Below, piece after piece: positions 63,721 through 64,000 of a stretch of 64,000 nucleotides of DNA. The notes below the pieces were generated by a model. It was not told the origin of the DNA and did not search any database. It saw only the letters and a program-made list of their open reading frames with translations. How positions within the stretch are numbered: position 1 is the first letter of the stretch; every line of letters begins with the position of its first letter. Origin of the DNA: Auanema rhodensis. Lineage: Eukaryota; Animalia; Nematoda. The stretch is taken from contig OZ059894.1 in assembly GCA_964057225.1 (NCBI GenBank), positions 10,168,001 to 10,232,000 of the forward strand. Reading direction: 5' to 3'. The translations under genes and the position numbers were made by a program.

Positions 63721-64000
63721 TATTTTAAAATGGAAATTGAGATATGAAATTGATATGTAGTCATCAACTGGTTGTCACATGAATCCAAGAGGAAGACAAT
63801 AAAATTTTAAAACTGGAAGAATGAAAGTGAACAATTTAGGAAGTATGATAATGATAATGATGAGGATGATGATGATGATGATGACGATTATTGGTAGGAT
63901 TTATCAACATTTCAAAAAACTTTAAATGATTTTATTCGTTTGTTAATCTTTCTTAATTTTCTTTTAAAGAGATTGAACTTAACGGTCAGTTAATATAGAT

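Overview
This is an AT-rich eukaryotic window, almost certainly from a nematode. Evidence: ~45-55 nt introns, TTTCAG/TTTTAG-type acceptors, a Str-superfamily chemoreceptor, degenerate TTAGGC-like repeats and operon-like gene spacing. All gene models were built by hand from GT(GC)-AG splice sites and phase continuity. Left to right: (1) the 5' exons of an unidentified minus-strand gene running off the left edge; (2) a ~13 kb region with no confident CDS, rich in GA/TC microsatellites; (3) a likely three-gene operon on +: Pellino, LAMTOR3 and a mitochondrial START-domain (STARD7/PCTP-like) protein; (4) a 2-exon, 70-aa secreted prepropeptide gene on - that the ORF track does not show intact; (5) a receptor tyrosine kinase with three degenerate VWA-like repeats and a mucin-like segment; (6) an intact Srh/Sri-type 7TM chemoreceptor with a MITE-like element upstream; (7) a large OXR1/NCOA7-family LysM-GRAM-TLDc gene (lmd-3-like). 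One 7.3 kb intron of this last gene holds at least three alternative 5' modules that splice in phase onto the TLDc exons, one starting with an N-myristoylation motif. The best candidates for something undescribed are the orphan secreted peptide gene and the multi-promoter TLDc isoform cassette. No tRNA, rRNA or CRISPR array was seen. No database searches could be run.
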